From NCBI RefSeq assembly GCF_009914755.1, contig NC_060929.1: a stretch of DNA of 64,000 nt; one strand, written 5' to 3'. The notes under the pieces are model-generated. The model saw only the letters and a list, made by a program, of their open reading frames with translations. It made no database searches and was not told where the DNA came from. The DNA is from the human T2T-CHM13v2.0 reference genome, Homo sapiens. Position numbers and translations under genes: made by a program. Within the stretch, counting starts at the first letter, position 1, and each line of letters starts with the position of its first letter. Below are positions 45,636-60,823 of the stretch, piece by piece.

Positions 45636-48600
45636 TAGTTTATCTTTTTTAAATTATAGAACTGGATTTGTCTCTAGTCACTTGGGATTTGAAAAACTTC
45701 CTTCATTAAAACCAGTATCATTTTATGTGGCTTAACAGATTCAAGAGCACTAAACATAATCTCTAGGAACTTTGGAAAGAACAGCAGTTGATATTCAGTA
45801 TAGTTTGTTTCTGCTGTAACCTTGGTGTGTAATGTACAGTGAACCTGTGTCCCTGGATGACACATCTTTAGAAAATACTACCATTTAAAGTGACAGTGTG
45901 CGATACATAAGGCTAAAAGCATTTGCCTATAACCAGTGTTTATCAAGGATGCTAGTGTAGGCCATTTTTAGGAGTATAGATGAGACAAACATCATAAGCC
46001 AGGATAAAAGCTTTCTGAGCGTATTCAGGACTTGTGGTTGTAAAGAGCATCTCAATTCCGTCACCTCCCCAACCCCAACTGTTACACACTTGAAATATGG
46101 CTAATGTGACTAAGGAACTGAATATTGGTCAACAGAAATGATAGAACTTTTCCATCAGTGCTGAAAGTTCTATTGGACAGTGCTGTGTTAAACTGCTGGC
46201 TGCAGTTTAACTATCAACCCCATCGTAAGTTTCTCCAGCAAATTATTATATTTTAATATACTTTCCTGATAGCTTTATTTTTACTTGGTCATCTCATTGC
46301 ACCTCCTCCTTCCCATATAGGCTTAATTAATAAAAACTGGGAAGGGGGAAGCAAGTCCTGCTAGATTCTTCTTTGCTGAATTTCCCAAGCACTCAACCTG
46401 AGTGACATTTCAGTAGCGTGAGCATCTCTTGCAGTGTGCCTTTATGTCCCGTTCAGAAAACACATTGGTTACGGGATGGATGTCTGAGGCCATCCTGGTG
46501 AGAACCCAGCTGCAAATTAGGGTGGAAAACTCAAATACTCTTAAATGTTGGTGGGCTGAAATTTTCCTGACTATACTAAATACTGAACCCATTCTTTAAA
46601 CTAATAATGGTTTTAGCGTACATACTTTCTGCAAAAGTGAAGAAAGCGATATACTTCCTTCAGCCAAAAGAGAATTCTGGAATTTTGATTTTTTTCCATC
46701 AACGGATGGAGTCTAACTATTTAGGTTAATGGAGTTGAGCGAAGAAAGATGGTAGTTTGCTGTAGTCTGCGGTACATTAGATGGGAATTCAGCATCTATT
46801 GGAATTTTATTTGTGTTTTGCTTTGACCTAACAGGAGTCCTTTAAGTTCTTTGTTCATAGGTAGCTCATCAATCCCTGACTAGGCAGTGTGCAGATGTTT
46901 GTCACTGACATGTAACCCCTGTGGTCTTGATTTTTTTTTTCTTAAGTGATAGCATTTTATCTTCTCTCTCCTTATCATGCCTGTCTGCAGTATACCTTTA
47001 TAGTGTTGATGTTGAGGAGTTTGGGTAGTACTGAGGAATATATTTTATTATTAGTTTCTTGGCATATTCAGTTTTGTTTCCAAAGATATGATCAATCTCT
47101 AATGTTTAATAAAGCTAAATCTAGGTGGCAGCAAGTTGAGGTTTAAAAGCTTTAGGTTTACCTCTTGGGACTATTGCTAAAAGGAAGACTGTAAAAGATT
47201 ATGAGAAATACTGGTTTCATCCTTGTTTAGGAATTTGGACTAAATAAAAATGGCTAGAGGGAGTTCCTTTAAGTGAAATGTCTTTCTTCTAGAGAAAAGG
47301 TGTAAAATAGTGTTAAATTGATTTGTCGATTTGGGCTGTGTGAAGCAGGGAGGCAGGACTAGATAAGTAAATAGGCAGTCCTGTTTTCTGTACTCTTAAA
47401 TATACAGACTCTACTTCATCGCTCTCTAAATGTTCCAGATGGAGCCTTTTTTCAATAAAAGCCCCAGGACCTCAGGAATGGTATACCAGTAGTGGGCCTG
47501 TCAGTCTTGCTGGGTAGAATTTCACCATTGTGCTTCCTTTTACCACTAGTAGAGTTGGCCTGATGTCCTTCAGACATTAATTAAAGATAGCTGGAGTCCC
47601 AGCAGGGCACACAAGGTAAGGCTGGGCCACACGGAGACCCTTCCCTGTCTGCTCCCCATTCTCCTGTAGCTAAAAATAGCCCTGAAAGGGTGGTGCCAGG
47701 AATACAGAGAAAAGCTCTAAGAAGTTGGGGCTGTTTGCAAATTCATCCTTATTTTTGAAACCTCTGGGCTAGAAATTGAGGCTGTTCATTCTTTTTGTTT
47801 TCACTCCATCTTTAGTTGAACCCATTTCTCCTCTCCCCTGCATTTACCCCCAGCTGTTCTCTAAAAAGACCTCATGTCTCTAAAAAGAGAACAGGTCTGG
47901 GGCTTACCCTTTGCCCCAGTTTGTGTTTTCTTAGTGAAAATAAGGTGACCGTTGGTGCTTTCGAAATACACGACTCAGTTCCTTGGTTAAAATATAAATG
48001 TGACTGCCCAAGGACAGTCTTGGGCACGAAACTGGGTGTGGGCACCGCTCATACCACACCGTCAGGGGTTTCTCAGACTTCTTTTTTGAGCCACATAGCC
48101 TTCAGAGTCATGCCGACCACAGTGGGACCGAAGGGAGGCAGAGGACCTGCACTCCCACCCTCCTCCCAGTAACTCAGGGAGCCTATGAGGTTTCCTTGTT
48201 CAGAAATGTTGTCCTGTCTGGCCATCTTAGGACTTCTAAGCATAATGCCAGAACCCAAACAAGTGAGAAGTTCTGTGATTCACTTACAAACACTTCCCTT
48301 GAACTATTTAATATGTTCCTTCTCTTTGGGCTGAATAAAAAACTATTATTGTATTACCCCATGTATTTTTAAATCAAAGTTTAAATATCAAGTTAGATTT
48401 AATTTGCCATATATTTTTGAAGCTCTGTATCATTAACTAAAGGATTATAAAGTGGCAGAGTAATGCTGAGCTCTGTTTGACAAGATTATATCCGGAAGGC
48501 AGACGTGTATCATATCTCATATTTATACAACACAGACTAGAATCTGGCCGCTCTGCCGGTGTCTGCAGGAGGGCTGGGTAGGCCTCTGGTCTTAAGTGAG

Positions 48601-49028
48601 TTATTTGACTAGCTACAGAGACAGGTCAGCCAGCCTCGGCAGTTCCTTGTGCCAGGATTCTGAGAGCCTGGTGGATGGGCCAGTCTGCCCCAGGAGTTGC
48701 ACCAAGGGGTGGGACTGAGCTGGGTCTGCTGAGGAAGCTGTGCCAGTGAAGGGGCAGCATGCCAAGCCAAGAAGCCGTGGGTGCAGAGCCTCATCGCAGT
48801 GGGAGCTGGCCTGTCGGGACCAGCATGGGCTCTGGAGGGCCAGTGTGTGGGCATGGAGGAGTTTTGGACAAGCTATTTTAACCTGCGTAACGCTCACTTA
48901 TCTTTGGCCAAGTGGGGGCACTTCCTCACGAGGTCAGCATGAGAATTAAATGTTATAGTTCATAGTAGCTAGTCACTAAATGTTTATTTTTGAAAAATAG
49001 ATGGGTGAATTTAAAAGGAGATGACAAC

Positions 49029-49160
49029 CAGGCTTGGTGGCACATGGCTTTAATACCAGCTACTTGAGAGGCTGAGGGAGGAGAATCACTTGAGCCCAAG
49101 AGTTCAAATCCAGCCAGAGCAACACAGTGAGACCTTGTCTCTTTAAAAAAAAAAAAAAAA
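49029..49160 (+). mobile_element. Alu monomer
   Basis: CCAGGCTTGGTGGCACATG...GAGACCTTGTCTC followed by poly(A). Confidence 0.8.
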
Positions 49161-49879
49161 TTAAGGGCGCTCTCCTTTGAAGGACAATTCCAGTAATCTT
49201 ATCATCCCTCCTGGCAACCTATTGCCACCAGAATTGTAGGCAAAAGTACAAAAGCTCAAGGAGTCTTCAGTCTAGCAATTAAATATCTGCTTTAATCAGT
49301 TCGCCCTGTATTGCACACCGGAAGTAATGGCAACTGGGATAAATGTAGATGTTGTTTGGAGTCAATCGTTTGTTGTTGTTCACATTGAAGAGTGTATGTA
49401 AACTGTCTCCTCCTGGCTCCCCTCTAACCCAAATCACGTGTTCTGGTGCAGATCACTTAATGTTTCTGAGCTTCAGTTTCCTCATCTGTAAAAGTGAGGT
49501 TCATTATTTCCTAGGTACTATTTTGTTAGTTGACTTTTTTAAAAAAATAAGAGTAGTCTTAAGTATCCAGGAAACTTTTAGACATTGTTTCAGGCTGATT
49601 TTAATAGTGTTCTCTGTCTACTTATGTGACTGTTTTACGGGAGCATGAAAAGCCCTTATCAGTTGATGTGAAAGAACATTTATGCACGTTTAGTTCAGAT
49701 CAGCAATCACGCATTGCAGGCTTACCTCACTAGGAACTTCGAATGTAAAAGTGATTAATACCTGGCCTGCTGCTGCCTGGTGAGGGTTCCCGGGTGTTCT
49801 GAAGCTGTGGTATGGTAGACAGCTGGAGCGACTTCTCTCTGACCCAAATTAATAGGACTACCAAAGAGATAAATTATGA

Positions 49880-50190
<311 letters not shown>

Positions 50191-50389
50191 TAGCTTGATT
50201 AAACTTTAATTTGAATGAGTTTTAGTTCACTTGTCATTTCTGTACCTTTTCTTATGACTTATCTGTCACTGTGATTTGACTTTCCTCTTCTGCTAAATAA
50301 ATTGTTATTTAGCAGGTAAGGGGACAGTGAAGGAAGGGGAGATAAAATCATTAGATTTATTCATAGGACCCTCTAAAAGATAAACTAGA

Positions 50390-51330
50390 TTTTATTCAAC
50401 AAATACGTATGTACCCATCATCATCCAGGCACTATTCAAGATGCTAGTGTTGCATCAGTGGCCAAAACAAAGATCCCCACCCTTGTGGAGCTTGCAGTCT
50501 AGCAGGGTGGAGACACTCAATGAAAAACAAACACAGGAGGTAAGTTTTGATGTATGTTGGAGTTTGGTATGTGCTAGGAGAAAACAGTAGAGCAGGGAAA
50601 GAGGGCATGGGAGGCAGGATGAAGTACTAGTAAGAGTGCTCAAAGTAGGTCTCATTGAGAAAGTGAGATTTAAGCAGAGACCTGAATCACTCTGGAGTCA
50701 GGAGAATCGTCCAAGCAGGTATCTCGGGGGAGAGCTTTTCAGGCAGAGGGTTTAGCTAAAGTAAGGCCCTGGGGTGGACATGTGCCAGGCAGGTTGAGGA
50801 ACAGCAAGGCCAGGTGGTTGAAGTTAAGAGGATCCTAGGAGATGAGGTCATGGAAAGTCAGATTTGCAAGGCTTTGCAGGTCACTGTTAGGACTTGGAAT
50901 GAAAGCCCGAGTCAGATGGAAGCAATTACAGGATTTTGAGCCAAGGTATGACATCCAACTGGACATATTAACAGACTTAGTCCAGAGCAATGAGAATAGA
51001 ATGGCGTGTGGCAGTCAAAGGTGGATGGAAGCAGGGAGCTAGTAGGAAATACTCCAGTAATCCAGGTGAGAGATGCTGGTGGCCTGGACCAGAGTGGAGA
51101 CAACAGAGGTGGTGGTCGGGGAGCCGGGGCGGGGGGTCCCCCTCCAGCTATATTTTGGAGGTAGAATCAACAGGTTTTCCTGAGAGATGGGATTGTGAAG
51201 GATGTGACATGCAAGAGAAAGGGGAGTCATCAAGGGTGACTGTAATTTTGGCCTGTTTGGCCTGGCCTACAATAAGAATTGTCAGAACAGGGGTGGGGAG
51301 CAGCAATCAGGAATTGAGTTTTCTCCTTTT
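50390..51330 (-). mobile_element. LINE-2 fragment
   Basis: TTATTCAACAAATA 3' end on the plus strand; AATCCAGGTGAGAGATGCTGGTGGCCTGGACCAG; TTTTGGAGGTAGAATCAACAGG. Confidence 0.75.
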
Positions 51331-51894
51331 AGGTAGATCAGGCTCATGCATTCTGCTCCATGTCTCCCCACCCCAACACAAGCACTTTCTAGCTTCAGGT
51401 CTAGTCCCCTTCCTTGGAGTATCCCCCTTGGATTGTAGTCCTTTTGTGAATAATTGTCTGTGCGGTGCTCAGTTATTAGTGTGTGGGTTATGTTTTTATG
51501 TTCCTGTGTTGTATAGCTGTTAACTACTGTTTTATACATGCATAGCAAGTACTTAATGAATGCTTGCTGAATTAATGAAGTAGGCACTCAGTAGCTACTT
51601 GGTTGATCTTGAAATAGATTTATAAGATGTTTTTGTTTTTCCATTTATATGATGATGGATAACAGTCTAAAGTGTACAGGAAATAAAGATAGAATCTAGA
51701 TGTATTTTATGGATGAAGTCATTAACATGTGAGTGATTTAAAAGTCTTAGAGTTTTGTGTTTATGAAATGACTTTACATAATTCATTGGGGAGGGGAGGG
51801 GAAGTTTGAAAATGCTTAAAGTGCCAGAGAATTAATATTGTATACCTCATGATTTCACTTTATATTGATTCTTGGTGTTTAAACTTACGCATGC

Positions 51895-51899
51895 ATACA

Positions 51900-51935
<36 letters not shown>
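51895..51935. repeat. (CA)n microsatellite
   Basis: Read directly. Confidence 0.95.
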
Positions 51936-51936
<1 letters not shown>

Positions 51937-53089
51937 TTTCCTCATTAGTAAGTTTTAGTTATAACATGTTTACTGGGGTCTCGTTTGCTTAATTCAGAGC
52001 ACAAGATCCAGAGAATACATTCACCTTGTTGCTTGACTTGGATACACACGGAGCACTGAGCTCATGTGTAGAGCAGTAGGTACTTGCCCTCATGGAAGGC
52101 CCACTCAGTTCCTTGAGAGAGGTAGAATGTGTGCACAGAGGACTGAAATAAAAGGTAGATTTAACTTAGTACTGCGAATAAGACAGTGCATGGGAGTCCA
52201 GGTGATAGAGAGGAATTGTCAGTTTGTGTTAGAGGCTTGAGTGGGCAGCATTTGAATTCCCCCTTTGAAACATGGTCACAGTGTGACTTTTGGAGGAGTG
52301 TAGGTGGAAAGCGCACTCCTGATCTTGAAATGCTTTAGGATAGGTTTGATAAGCATACAGTAATTGATAAGCAAGGTACCCGGTGCTCAGGTCAGTGAAG
52401 GGAACTGAAGTGAGGAGCTGTCACTGTACCGTATGACACACAGTCGTGGACATGCACCATGACGTGAAGTAGGACAGAAGGAGGAGTAATTATGGGCAGT
52501 GGATAGGAAGGTTCAGAGGTGGCTTCTGCCAGTCTCAGTCTAAGAAGAGTTTTGAAAACAAGTGGAAGTTTGCCAAGCCGGCAGAGTCGGGGAAGGGCAT
52601 TCTGGGCCGAACCATATGGGATCCGTCTTGGCTGCCTCTCAGAACCAGCCGCTGAGGGGATACAGCAGAAAATGGGGCCCCACCCTGGATGTGAATCGGA
52701 ATGTCTGTGCTGCCTAGACATTGGTGTTCTTTGAAAAGCTCCTCACATGCTTTTGATGTGCTGCTGGGTTTACAGCTGCTGTTGGAGGTGATAGCGGAAA
52801 CACGGAAGATCAAATGGGGTGCCGACATGGCCAGGCCTGCACTTAAGATGGACAGGTCCTGGTGGCAGGTGTAGAACGTGGTTGGGGGTTAAGTGAAATG
52901 GAGAGTAATTCAGTAATTCAGACAAGACGTGATAACATCTTATTGGGGGCAGTGTCCGTGGCGGTGGGAGGAGAACACAGAAGGGGCTGCTTGCCTGCAG
53001 AGTGGGGTAAGGGATAGGGAGAAGTACAAAATGGCCTGCAGATTAGAGTCTCTGGGTCACCAATAGAGATGCCTGGAGATGGCCTGGAG

Positions 53090-53300
53090 CGGGGTCTGCA
53101 GACTACAGCCCACGGGCCAGATTCACCCAGGCGCCTGTTTGTTACAGTGCTTGAGCTAAGAATGGTTTTTGTATTTTTAAATGATTCTGTGTTTAATGGT
53201 TGTATAAGTCCCTACATAATAACCTCAATTTTCCCTCTTGACCTGCAAAGCCTAAAATGCTTACTGTCTGGCCCTTAAAGAAAATGTTTGCTGACCCTTG
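53090..53300 (+). mobile_element. MER58-like hAT DNA transposon fossil
   Basis: GGGGTCTGCAGACTACAGCCCACGGGCCAGAT...TCTGGCCCTTAAAGAAAATGTTTGCTGACCCT with terminal inverted repeats. Confidence 0.75.
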
Positions 53301-53650
53301 ACTTGGATGACAAGCAGGTTAGGGGAGTGGGTGTGGCTACTCTTTATTGAGTACTTACTACGTGATAGGCAGTATTCCAAGCATTTTATATATGTCCTTT
53401 TTTTTTTTCCACTAGAAAATTCAGAAGCGATACATTGTCTTAATTCTATGCAGGAGTGGGTATGACAGCAGTGTGGTTGTTGGCATGGGCTAAAACCAGA
53501 TGGGTTTGAGTTCCTGCCAGCTTCACTGTGTAACCTTGGGCCACACACTTCTTAACCTCTGTTTCCTCATGTGTAACATGGAGTAACTATGTTATTAATA
53601 CAATAGCTGATAATGCTGAAAAATATTTTTCAGCATTAATTATCAGCTAT

Positions 53651-54085
53651 TGTATTAGTTTCCTGTGGCTGCTGTAACAAATTCCTACAAACTGGGTGAC
53701 TTACAACAACAGAAATGGGTTCTCTTAGAGTTCTAGAGACGAGAAGTCTGGAAGGACAGTGTGGCAGTGCCATGCTCCCTTCAGAGGCTCTAGGAGAGAC
53801 CCCTCCCTTGCCTCTCCAGCTTCTGGTGGTTGCCAGCAGCCCTTGGTTTTCTTTGCTCTGCAGCTGTATCACCTCAGTCTGTGCCTCCCTCCTCACGTGG
53901 CATTGTCCCTGTGTGTCTGTCTCTGTGCCTTCTCTTAAGGACACCCGTTGTCCTAGATTTAGGGCACACCCTAACCTAGAATGACCTTACCTTAACTAAT
54001 TACATATTCAGAGACCCTGTTTCCAAAAAAGGTCACAGTCAAAGGTTCCATGTAGATTTTAGGGGGACACTATTGAACACAGCGC
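53651..54085 (-). mobile_element. MLT1 (A/B/C-like) solo LTR
   Basis: TGTATTAGTTTCCTGTGGCTGCTGTAACAAAT...AGACCCTGTTTCCAAA...AGGTCACA. Confidence 0.8.
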
Positions 54086-54466
54086 AGTTTTTAACTCCCC
54101 CAAAGTGGTGTCATCTCATTTGGTGGCTGTGAAAACTGAGGCTCAGGGAAGTTAAGTGATTTCCAGGCTCACAGAGCTAATGAGGAGAGCTAGGATTCGA
54201 GTGCATTATTTGCCTTAAGTTGAGACTGGTATTTCTTACGCTACAATATATAACATGCTTGTTAGAAAATTGACTTATTCTACAGGCAGTCAGCAGCCAC
54301 TAAAGGTTTCAAACCAAAGAGTGACGTTTAATCATAATCAAAATAGCTATCATGTTTTGAAGACTTCCTGAGTGCCAGGCATGGTGCTTTGTGTTTTATA
54401 TTCATTATATCTATTTAAGCTTCATAGGAGCTTAAAAAAGTATTTACCTCAAAAAAGCTGAGGTAA

Positions 54467-54823
<357 letters not shown>

Positions 54824-57800
54824 TCCAAACCACAGAAATTTAAACTGCGAGTTCCTGGAAGCATCCTTCACTGGTGCACCCTGGCTCCCTGAGGCAGGGC
54901 TTTTGGAAGTTACTCCTGTTGGTTGGGCAGAGATGAGGAGGCTCTTAGAGTACTCCAGGGGAAGAGTTGGCTTTGGAAAGGAACAGGTGAACTCGAGACA
55001 CCTGCCAGGTAACATGGCAGGACCTGGTGAGGCGCTGGCTCTCCTGAGGAATCTAGTGTTACCTTAGAGGTTTTAAGTTTGGGTGGTAGAAAGTAGTGAA
55101 GCCAGTGATAGAAGAGGTAGGCAGACTGAGAAGAGGAGCAGGACTAAAAGGAAAGACAAGGAATGGGGCTGAAGGGAGTCTTAGAAAATCCTTTTTCTTT
55201 TATTGTGTTTTTATTGTGTTTAGTTATGTTGACATTTGCGATTTTCACCAAAGCCACGTGTTGTCTACAGCAAGACATTTTTAACTAAATGCTGATAGAT
55301 GTTAGTGTGGATAATCTGTAAATTTTCACGTTTTATGATTTGTATTTCACATATATTTTAAAACTTGATACAATTTTAGATGCTTTGTTCTGTCTTTAGT
55401 TGGTTATTTATGATTTCATACAAGGATGTCCGGATGTGGTCAGAGTAAAGACTCACAGCCACCGGACACCTGGGCCCTGCCAGTGCGAGGCAGCGGGAAA
55501 ACCACAGGAGTGAGGCGTGTCCTTACATTTAAAACAGCTGAGTTAGGAATTATCTCCACAGCCTCGTGATCGTGAAGGGATGTGAAGCAGCACTCAGGAT
55601 AACGAAGAGTGCTTGTGCTGCTCACCAGTCGGTACCACCATGGCATACATGGCAATTGGGACAATGGAGTTTACAATTTCAGACAAAAACTGGAAAATTA
55701 CTTGAAAACGAGAAATGCATTATTTGCAGATATTCTGCTAACTCCAGCATGAACCACAGTGCACTCAGATAGGGTCCCATAAGTGCCCTGGCTCTGCGTG
55801 TGTGCTCTATCTTGCCTTGCCTTGGCTTCTCTCGTAAAGAGCAGGGGCCACTTTACTCTCTTCCTGGCCCCATCTAGAGGGACTTCTGTTTAGATTTATT
55901 TTAGCAGCTTCTATTTAGATTTATTTTGGCTTGGGTCTCCCTTTATCTTTCTAGAAAAAAAGAAAATAAGGTTTTACCTTTCATTAAAGGTACTTTCCCA
56001 AGTTCACTCTTTGGTACAGATATGCTTGTTGTATGTCATGTGTCGAAAGTGTTGGCAGCTTGCAAACATATCTATTGTTGCTTTTTTTTTTTCTTTTTTT
56101 TTTTTTTGTAGAGACCAGTATGCGTGCACATGCCTCAGGTAATTAAAGAACTGGGCACTGCAGACCTGAGGCCCCTATTTGTGTTCTCTGAATTTGAACC
56201 ATTATATGGGTTTTACTTTTACAAAGTTAGTTTTTTAAAAGTTTCATTGTATGGTCAGCATTATCAAGGATAGTATGTCTACCTTATTTTATTAAGATTC
56301 TGTGGGTGTCAGATCTTTAAGAAAAGAAACAATACATGGTTTTCTTTCTTACTCTTAAATTTTAAAGTCTTCATCTATATTTGCTTGGCTACAGGCAAAT
56401 CAACATTGCCACCATACCCAAAAACACTTCTCAAATAAAGACACTGTGTTTTCAGAATTCTCCTGAAACTATCACCCTAGTAATTTTATCACGTTTAATA
56501 TTCATTATGGGCTGGAACACAAGAACCTTTATGTATATAAAATTACCAGCAAGAAACAGTTTTACCAAATAAACCACAAGAGGTACAATCATGTGATTTC
56601 TCTCTTCATTTTTGGAATGAGGTAAACTGTATGACTATATATGCATAGTAACTAAAATAATCATCTTTTAAGGTATTTATACGCAAGTGAATATTTGTAT
56701 TCAAACTGAATGTCATTCTGCCTTTAGACATTAGGTGATTGCTGAATGAAGCTATAAGAACTACTTAATTAGAATATTATAACAATGCTTTTACCTGAAA
56801 CAGACTAATGATATTTTCAGGATGAAATCAAGCTTAGAGGCCTGAATTCTTTAAGTGATTTTTTTTCCATCAAGTGACCAGGTTTTTTTCTTTTTGCAGT
56901 TGACTATGCTTGTCTTGATCCTCTTCCCTCCTTTTCAAAATGGTTCAAAAGTTCTCTTTGTCATTTATTATATTTATGAATTAAAAAGTGAATTTTAAAT
57001 TACCTTTGAATTTTGATAGTTATTAGCTTTAGGGACCTTCATTAGTCCATTCAGAAAATTGCTTTCCCTGACTTGAGTTCAGTATTAATTTTGTACCCTC
57101 CAGGGTTTATTAATGTGGTCTAAACCTGGAACCCACTTAGTATGAATCCATGCAGGAATAGTATTTAGGGTCTGGATGTGGTTTGTGGGTTGCTCATCCC
57201 TATGTTGGTGGCATAGGCTCCTAGGAGGCGTTGGGTACTGGTGTAGTGTGCTGTGCTTTGAGGCCGATCTATGGGGCTTTGCGATCGCCATGGGTAGGGT
57301 ATCCCCCCTTGGGCCACATACAAGGGAATTGCCTGAGTTGGGCAGACCCAGGTTCACATGCAGCTGGACACTGAGTAAAATTATTTAGTTTCTCTGAGTT
57401 TCACTTTCTGCCTCTGAAAATGGTGGCAATGATTACTTTTATTTCACGGTTAAAGAGAAGAAAATGAGACATGCGAAGTGCAGAGCACAGGTGTGCACAG
57501 TGCAGGCGCTTCTCTGTGATGATCAAGTGGCTGGACGGCTGCCCTAGTTCTCTATTTTAAGTGGATGCTGGCCTTTGCTTTTTGAGACATTTTGCTCAAA
57601 ACAATATGAAAAAGTAAATATTAGAGCAGAGAGGGGGAAGGGTAATCAACAAGTAGGTGGAGACCAACAGGGAGGAAGGAAAGGGGAGGGGAAGAAGTTA
57701 ATGGGGAGCTAGTAGGGAAGGCCAGGGTGTGGATCCCAGCAATGAGAGGATAAGAACCCAACAGGCCACGCTGACCAAATTAGCATTTTCTTTCAGCATG

Positions 57801-58295
57801 TTACGTGTGCCAGGGAATGAAGAAAAACAGGCCGAGTCCAGTCTTGAGCGACTTCTAAGCAGCTGTCCCTGTTGCCCTTCAGCCTGTCTCCTGTTCTTTC
57901 CCGTACACCATGGCTTCTGTTTCCTGGGGAAGGGCCCCTGGAAGACAGAAATCGAGTTAATGTTTTTGGCACATTCATGATTTCAAAATTAAATAAGGTG
58001 CTTTCTTTTTTCTTTTTTTTTTTTTTTAAGGGAGAAAATGTAGCCTTTGGATTCCTGTTGCTTAGTGACTGGGCCTTTTGTATAATTAGTCTTAGAAGAG
58101 ACAAAACATACTGAGAATAAGAGATTGGATTGAGGAAAGGAAGGCAAAGTTCAGGTACAAGGACTGGATGGGGTTGGACTGGGAGCTCTTGGAGCCATGG
58201 CAAGCCCTGTGGGGACCTGAGTTTGGGGGCAGGCAGAAAGAGGGAAAACGGTAAGGAGGCCAGACAGCTTCTTTAAAGGGAGGGCAGGGCCTTGC

Positions 58296-58509
58296 CTGGT
58301 TAAAATGGCTGAGGCAGTACAGTGTATGAGGGCTTTTTTTTCTTTCTTTCTTTTTTTTTCCCCCTGTCTCACTTTGATGGGTCAGAAGTTTCCAGGAAAG
58401 TTCTGGTTAAAATGCCTGAGGCAGTACAGCGTATGAGGATTTGCTTTTTTGTTTTGTTTTTTTTTTCCCTCTGTCTCACTTTGATGGGTCAGAAATTTCC
58501 AGGAAAGTT
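58296..58509. repeat. Tandem duplication of about 107 bp
   Basis: Units start at 58296 and 58403 (CTGGTTAAAATG...TGTCTCACTTTGATGGGTCAGAA...CCAGGAAAGTT). Confidence 0.92.
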
Positions 58510-60009
58510 GTTCTCCCTGCAAATGAAAAGCAGAGGAACATGGAACAGAGAAGTTTAGTGCAGTGCAAGTACATCTGCTAGTGTGCTGGTTGAGTTTCAG
58601 CTTGCAGTGTGTTCTTAATATGTGCTCATGGGCTACATGACTCGAGAGATTCACTACTCTCATACTGTCATTCTAGAAAAAAATTGGCATTGAAATCCTA
58701 AGTGTTAGCGTTTACTGATGGAAATAGTTTAATGATATGCTGTGTAAATACTGTGATGCTTTTGAACATGGTGCTGATTTCTAATTCATAATTTATAAAT
58801 GATTTTTAAAAATTTGAGCCTTTTAAGGTAATATTAATGAACCTTGTCACATGATTAAATTCTTTTGTTTTCATTGTTTTATATTCATTGCAAACATGAG
58901 TAACATAATTCCTCTAAAATTGAGAATATATGTATTATAAACAAAGACATAGTTATTTCTTGCTTTGGTCTTTTCAGCCTGAGCATCCTTTAGAACTGCG
59001 AGATGGCTTACATTGGTTAGATACAAAGAAAAAAGGTAGGAGGGGATAGAAGTGAATTTAGGACATTCGATTTCTCTGGAGCTAGGACTGGTGATGGAGA
59101 AGTGGGGCAAAGTACCTTTCTCTGAGCTTGGGAAATTGCACTGATATGAAAATGAGCCCTGTTGGGAATTTTCCAGGTACAGAATCAGCGTGGGAATCTA
59201 GGAGGTTTTGTTAATAACAAATCCTAAAGCAAAGTAAAAATATTGGTTTAATTTTCCTTTTAACTCTCAAAACATAGAAAGGAAAGGACCCTTTTCAACA
59301 ATGTAGTAGGGTCAAGTCTCCATCTCAGGCCTCAATACACTAATCCACTCAATCTGTGCCCACAAAGAGGGTAATAGGTCTCCTGAATGAGGATGCCCTG
59401 CTTGGAAGGGAGAATGGGACGTGCCAGGGCTGGCAGGCATGTGGAGGTGCGGTCTTTGCCATGAATTAGCTGTGGGACTTTGAACAAGTAGCTCACCCTC
59501 TTGTTTGTAGAATGGAGAGACTTGTATAAAAACTCTTCTAAGACCTTTTTAGCTTTATTAAAAACAAAAATTTGAGAGCCAGCTCTTCCCTTCTTACCTG
59601 GGAGGTAGCTCTGCCTTGCCTTCCCCAGAGGGCATCTCCAGGACTGGAGTGTGGGAAGGTGCCCTTGGGCTCCTGCCTCTCATTTAGGAATTAGACCTCA
59701 GGGTTATTAGTTCCTGAGTGCACTTTCTGTCCTGTGGAAGAATTCGAGTAATCCACCAAACTAATTCAGTAATTAAGTTGAACTCTCAACCAAAACTTCA
59801 CTCTCAACAGGTAAACCCAGAGCTTACTCTAGGATCCTTCCTGCCTCCTTCACAGAGATCCCCTGAAGAAGAAATAGCTGCAGTGTGTTGGAGGCTCAGC
59901 CTAGGCGGCACTCTGGGCTCCTTTTGCCTGTTCGGTATCACTGTATTGGGATGTGGTTGAAATCGATTGCCTCACTTTAAATAATTATTTTTCCTGTACT
60001 TCAAATTCA

Positions 60010-60812
60010 TTTTTTTTTTATTATACTTTAAGTTCTAGGGTACATGTGCACAGCGTGCAGGTTTGTTACATATGTATACATGCGCCATGTTGGTGTGCTG
60101 CACCCATTAACTAGTCATTTACATTACGTATATCTCCTAATGCTATCCCTCCCCCCTCCCCCAACCCCACGACAGGCCCCGGTGTGTGATGTTCCCCTTC
60201 CTGTGTCCAAGTGTTCTCATTGTTCAATTCCACCTATGAGTGAGAACACGCAGTGTTTGGTTTTCTGTCCTTGCAGTAGTTTGCTCAGAATGATGGTTTC
60301 CAGCTTCATCCATGTCCCTACAAAGGACGTGAACTCATCATTTTTTATGGCTGCATAGTATTCCATGGTGTATATGTGCCACATTTTCTTAATCCAGTCT
60401 ATCATTGATGGTCATTTGGGTTGGTTCCAAGTCTTTGCTGTTGTGAACAGTGCCGCAATAAACATACGTGTGTATGTGTCTTCATAGTAGCATGATTTAT
60501 AATCCTTTGGATATATACCCAGTAATGGGATGGCTGGGTCAAATGGTATTTCTAGTTCTAGATCCTTGAGGAATTGCCACACTGTCTTCCACAATAGTTG
60601 AACTAGTTTACAGTCCTACCAACAGTGTAAAAGTGTTCCTATTTCTCCACATCCTCTCCAGCACCTGTTGTTTCCTGATTTTCTAATGATTGCCATTGTA
60701 ACTGGTGTGAGATGATATCTCATTGTGGTTTTGATTTGCATTTCTCTGATGGCCAGTGATGATGAACATTTCTTCATGTGTCTGTCAGCTGCATAAATGT
60801 CTTCTTTTGAGA
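60010..60812 (-). mobile_element. 5'-truncated L1PA, antisense to SNX18
   Basis: poly(T), 3'UTR, and ORF2 C-terminal ORFs 60217..60594. Confidence 0.93.
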
Positions 60813-60823
60813 TGTATTTTTCA

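Noticed and set aside
50990-51523. 177-aa intronic ORF as a possible SNX18 exon
   Set aside because: Lies largely in LINE-2 sequence and does not resemble the BAR C-terminus.
55883-55930. Short duplication of CTTCT(G/A)TTTAGATTTATTTT
   Set aside because: Ordinary slippage duplication with no functional cue.
60790-60812. 5' end of the intronic L1 falls within about 35 nt of the inversion breakpoint of the L1 at 8235
   Set aside because: Only two events, and truncation and inversion points cluster near L1 3' ends anyway.
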